Positions 61,523-64,000 of a DNA stretch of 64,000 nucleotides are shown here, in pieces (position 1 is the first letter of the stretch; every line of letters starts with the position of its first letter). The notes under the pieces were generated by a model. The model did not search any database, was not told the DNA's origin, and saw only the letters and a program-made list of their open reading frames with translations. Origin of the DNA: an uncultured Solirubrobacterales bacterium (lineage in GTDB: Bacteria > Actinomycetota > Thermoleophilia > Solirubrobacterales > Solirubrobacteraceae); assembly GCA_963718935.1 (NCBI GenBank), contig OY970379.1:2770108-2834107 (forward strand), written 5' to 3'. Made by a program: the position numbers and the translations under genes.

Positions 61523-62530
61523 CATCAGCATGTGCCGTCCTTGATTCCGTGAATGCCGCGTCTCGTCCTGAAGCGCAAGACGTATGAGCGATTCGATCGC
61601 AGCGCGGCCGGCGACGGGCGCGCTGCGCACCGTGCCGTCCGATGCGAGGAGGATGGCGGAGGGGGTTGCGTTGATTCCGTATGCGTGCATGACGGTTGCT
61701 TGCTCGTCGACGAGCACGTCAGTCAGGGCGTGCTCACGCGCGAGCGCCTCGGCTTGCGTGGCCTCCACCGGGGCTACCAAGGTGAGGGCTAGGCGTTCGG
61801 TTACGGTGTCATGCCAACGCGCGAGTTCAGGCAGGAGCGTCGCGCAGGGTCCGCATCCGGGGCTTACGAATGTGAGTAGGCAGGCCCGGTCATCGGCCAG
61901 GAGGTCCTGAAGGCTGACGACGGGTCCCGCCGCGGATGGCAGAGAGAACTGTGGCGCCAGCGCTCCGATTTGCCGGGGCGCGGTGACCGCTCGGCCGTCG
62001 GTCGAGCGTAGCCGGCGGTTCTCGCGCCACAGAAGCACAGATGTCGTTGTCGCGAGAGTTGCCAGTGAGGCGGTCGCGATCAGCCAGAGGTCAGTCGCGT
62101 TGGTGTCGGCCGCCCATGAGGTAAGCGAGGGACCCGGGCCCGCGAGCGCCACGTATGCGGCCGGCAGTGCCAGCACGAGATTGCGGGCGACCGTCATCCA
62201 GCTTGCGGGCTCGGAGTGCAACTGGCCGAAGCAGTGGCAATCCGGGGCTTCACCGCGGCGCAGCACTCGTGTGAGCCCCGCGACGAACAGCGCGAGGAGA
62301 ACCAGGCCGCCCACGGCCCCCCAGCGAGCCGTAGTCGGAAACAACAGCGCCGTCGCCACCACGAGCTCGGCCGCGGGCAAGAGCAGCACCAGCGGATCGG
62401 CAAGGCGGTCCGGCACATCGAAATCCGCCAGTGCCTGCCGCGTACCCGAGCGGTCGACGAGCTTTGCTACCCCCGCGACGATGAACACCGCGGCAAGAAA
62501 GAGCCGAACTATCACCAGCGCGTCGTTCAT
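61514..62530 (-). CDS. MauE/DoxX membrane domain fused to a thioredoxin-like (MauD/TlpA) domain
   Basis: R..LAAVF..AG.AKL.D, ELVVA..LL, RG...DCHCFG, ARN..L; then G..AP.F.L, FVSPGCGPC, Y.I..TPSA.L...DG; start ATG 62530 preferred. Confidence 0.9.
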   Translation of the reverse strand: MNDALVIVRLFLAAVFIVAGVAKLVDRSGTRQALADFDVPDRLADPLVLLLPAAELVVATALLFPTTARWGAVGGLVLLALFVAGLTRVLRRGEAPDCHCFGQLHSEPASWMTVARNLVLALPAAYVALAGPGPSLTSWAADTNATDLWLIATASLATLATTTSVLLWRENRRLRSTDGRAVTAPRQIGALAPQFSLPSAAGPVVSLQDLLADDRACLLTFVSPGCGPCATLLPELARWHDTVTERLALTLVAPVEATQAEALAREHALTDVLVDEQATVMHAYGINATPSAILLASDGTVRSAPVAGRAAIESLIRLALQDETRHSRNQGRHMLMSN

Positions 62531-62550
62531 GATCCAAATGTACAACAGCT

Positions 62551-63357
62551 ATGGTCCCCTGTGTGGCAGGTGAAAGCGCAGAGACGGTGGCAGTCGAGGC
62601 GTTTGGTGTGACCGTAGCGGTCACCGCCGATTCTCAGCACTTCGCGGCTGTTTCCGATTTCCTGCCTCCGCGCGCCCGTCCGGCGAGCCACCCGCCTGAG
62701 CATGGCCGCTTCGCGCTCGTCAAGGACACAGATGACGCGCTTATGAGCGTCGTGTGCGACGAACAGCCGATCGCGGGCCCGTTTGACCTGCGACTGGCGC
62801 TCGGCATCCTTGACGCCGAGCTGCGCATGTACATCGCGCTGCATGCTCCCGACCATATTTTCGTCCACGCTGGAGTTGTTGGAGTAGGAGAGCACGCGAT
62901 CGTGCTTCCGGGCAGGAGCTTCGCCGGAAAGACCACCCTCGTGGCCGCGCTCGTGCAAGCGGGCGCGGAATACTGGTCTGACGAGTACGCCGTGCTCGAC
63001 GCCGACGGCCTCGTTCACCCCTACCCCAAGCCTTTGTCGGTGCGCATCAACGACACCCGCGAGACCGACGAGCAGCCTGTCGAGAGCCTCGGCGGACGAG
63101 CCGGCGATCGACCCCTGCCCATCGCTGTGATCGCGTTCACGAACTACAGCCCCGGAGTCACATTTGCGCTCCGCCCCTGCACCACCGGAGAAGGTGCCGT
63201 CAAACTGCTGGAGCACTCGGTCGCCGCGCGCTCGCGCCCGGAACAGGTACTCGCAGCTGTGCGGCGCGCCGCGACCGACGCCCTGGTTCTCGAGGGAGAC
63301 CGCGGAGACGCCGACGAAGCCGCCAGCGCGCTGTTGTCACCGCAGCCTGCGAGTTGA
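62551..63357 (+). CDS. HPr-kinase-like P-loop kinase
   Basis: FVHAGVV....AIVLPGRSFAGKTTLVAALV..G..Y.SDEYAVL..DG.V.PYP.PL: HAG + Walker A + SDE pattern of HPrK-related kinases. Confidence 0.85.
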   Translation: MVPCVAGESAETVAVEAFGVTVAVTADSQHFAAVSDFLPPRARPASHPPEHGRFALVKDTDDALMSVVCDEQPIAGPFDLRLALGILDAELRMYIALHAPDHIFVHAGVVGVGEHAIVLPGRSFAGKTTLVAALVQAGAEYWSDEYAVLDADGLVHPYPKPLSVRINDTRETDEQPVESLGGRAGDRPLPIAVIAFTNYSPGVTFALRPCTTGEGAVKLLEHSVAARSRPEQVLAAVRRAATDALVLEGDRGDADEAASALLSPQPAS

Positions 63358-63471
63358 CAAAGCGCGTCAGGTCGACGCACGCGCCCGCTCACAGCGAGAT
63401 CGCGGACACCGGCTAATTGGGGGCCGCCCATCACGGGATGTCCGACTAGGGACCGTTGTCGTCGTCGCCCG

Positions 63472-63644
63472 TTATGCCCGGCTCTCGGGCGCCACCATCA
63501 GATCAGAGTCAGTAGGTACGCACATCCCGGGATAGAGCCACTTGGCGAGCAGGCCTTGAGCACAAGCACCTCGATTCCCTCAATTTGATCGAACGCACCC
63601 GCGACCTCGGCCCTGAACGCATCGACCGCGAATTTACGCGCCAG
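63472..63644 (-). pseudogene. Frameshifted remnant of a second nucleotidyltransferase
   Basis: Minus strand: ARKFAVDAFRAEVAGAFDQIEGIEVLVLK, then in another frame LLAKWLYPG..DSDLMVAPE (a third frame gives DVRTY); parallels EVANALEDAGIATILLKGSVLGQWLYPGQVRVYGDADLLVSP of 60572-61522; flanked by in-frame stops. Confidence 0.75.
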
Positions 63645-63723
63645 TTAGGAATAACGCTCAAGAATCATGTTCATCACAGATAAGAGACACTCGCCCCACC
63701 TTGCGATCCGCACGCGGCGGCCG

Positions 63724-64000
63724 CTACACAGCCATCATTCCCGCCGTTTCTTTGAACACACCTTTACGCGTACTACCAGCGCATGTCGTTGTGCAAGTAA
63801 AGCCTGTGCTCTGGGTGACCGCTTCACCATTTTCGCAGCAACAGCAGACTGCATCTGCGCTAACACAGCGATTTTCGGTCTTACAGTTGATGTTTTCGCC
63901 CGAGCTGGCCATAGCTGGCGTTGCGGCGACTGCGGAGACGACTAGCGGCGCGGCGGCGGCGGCGGCACCGTAACGCCCGACCCGGACGATCGCTTCCCGG
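63724..64000 (-). CDS. Cys-rich exported peptide / RiPP-like precursor, 5' end beyond the window
   Basis: Frame open to the window edge: REAIVRVGRYGAAAAAAPLVVSAVAATPAMA-SSGENINCKTENRCVSADAVCCCCENGEAVTQSTGFTCTTTCAGSTRKGVFKETAGMMAV*; 8 Cys. Confidence 0.75.
   Translation of the reverse strand, partial: REAIVRVGRYGAAAAAAPLVVSAVAATPAMASSGENINCKTENRCVSADAVCCCCENGEAVTQSTGFTCTTTCAGSTRKGVFKETAGMMAV

Larger units (their letters stand above)
60553..64000. mobile_element. Probable genomic island at the tRNA-Arg(CCG) 3' end, continuing beyond the window
   Basis: Switch from housekeeping to accessory genes right after the tRNA, more A/T-ending codons, mixed orientations and a pseudogene. No integrase or att repeat seen in the window. 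Confidence 0.5.

Noticed and set aside
60572-64000. Canonical lasso peptide cluster
   Set aside because: No asparagine-synthetase-like cyclase or B2 protease in the window, and the peptide has a signal-like leader and 8 Cys rather than a lasso ring pattern. Cannot be excluded beyond 64000.
63724-64000. Methylamine dehydrogenase small subunit (MauA)
   Set aside because: The core is ~60 aa with no Trp, so no TTQ; no mauB or mauG seen.
60553-64000. Integrase or att direct repeat of the tRNA 3' end
   Set aside because: Neither found by eye within the window; the island call rests on context and composition only.

Overview
High-GC actinobacterial chromosome segment. Gene content and protein style (mIHF, pheST-arg and pyrRBC-carAB order) suggest Thermoleophilia/Solirubrobacterales; this is an inference, not a database result. 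Positions ~8-60 kb are mostly minus-strand housekeeping genes: cysE/cysK/Rrf2, gltX, nfo, dnaE, argCJBDG, pheST, thrS-infC-rpmI-rplT, dapB-M16-pnp, rpsO, the rimP-nusA-ylxR-infB-rbfA-nrnA-truB-ribF operon, coaBC-rpoZ-gmk-mIHF, the pyr operon with a PyrR site, and rnz. Two accessory blocks stand out. (1) At 2.1-7.9 kb, a tightly coupled operon PadR - degenerate ABC ATPase - canonical ABC ATPase - FtsX/MacB permease - DUF2600/YtpB-type large-terpene synthase. (2) Immediately 3' of tRNA-Arg(CCG), an island-like block (60.57 kb to window end) with a nucleotidyltransferase, a MauE-thioredoxin(MauD-like) fusion, an HPr-kinase-like kinase, a previously unannotated frameshifted remnant of a second nucleotidyltransferase, and the C-terminal part of a probable Tat-like-leader precursor with an 8-Cys core. 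Block 2 is a candidate non-lasso, disulfide-rich RiPP-like system and the best candidate for novelty. Other notable signals: a CymR-like CysK-binding tail, 67-72 bp tandem repeats with long purine-pyrimidine alternating tracts, a (GGGC)6 tract, a structured RNA candidate after rpsO, a ylxR gene without a canonical start, a CCCH finger in NusA, and a palindromic bidirectional -10 element between rnz and the tRNA. No tools were run; all calls come from motif reading.
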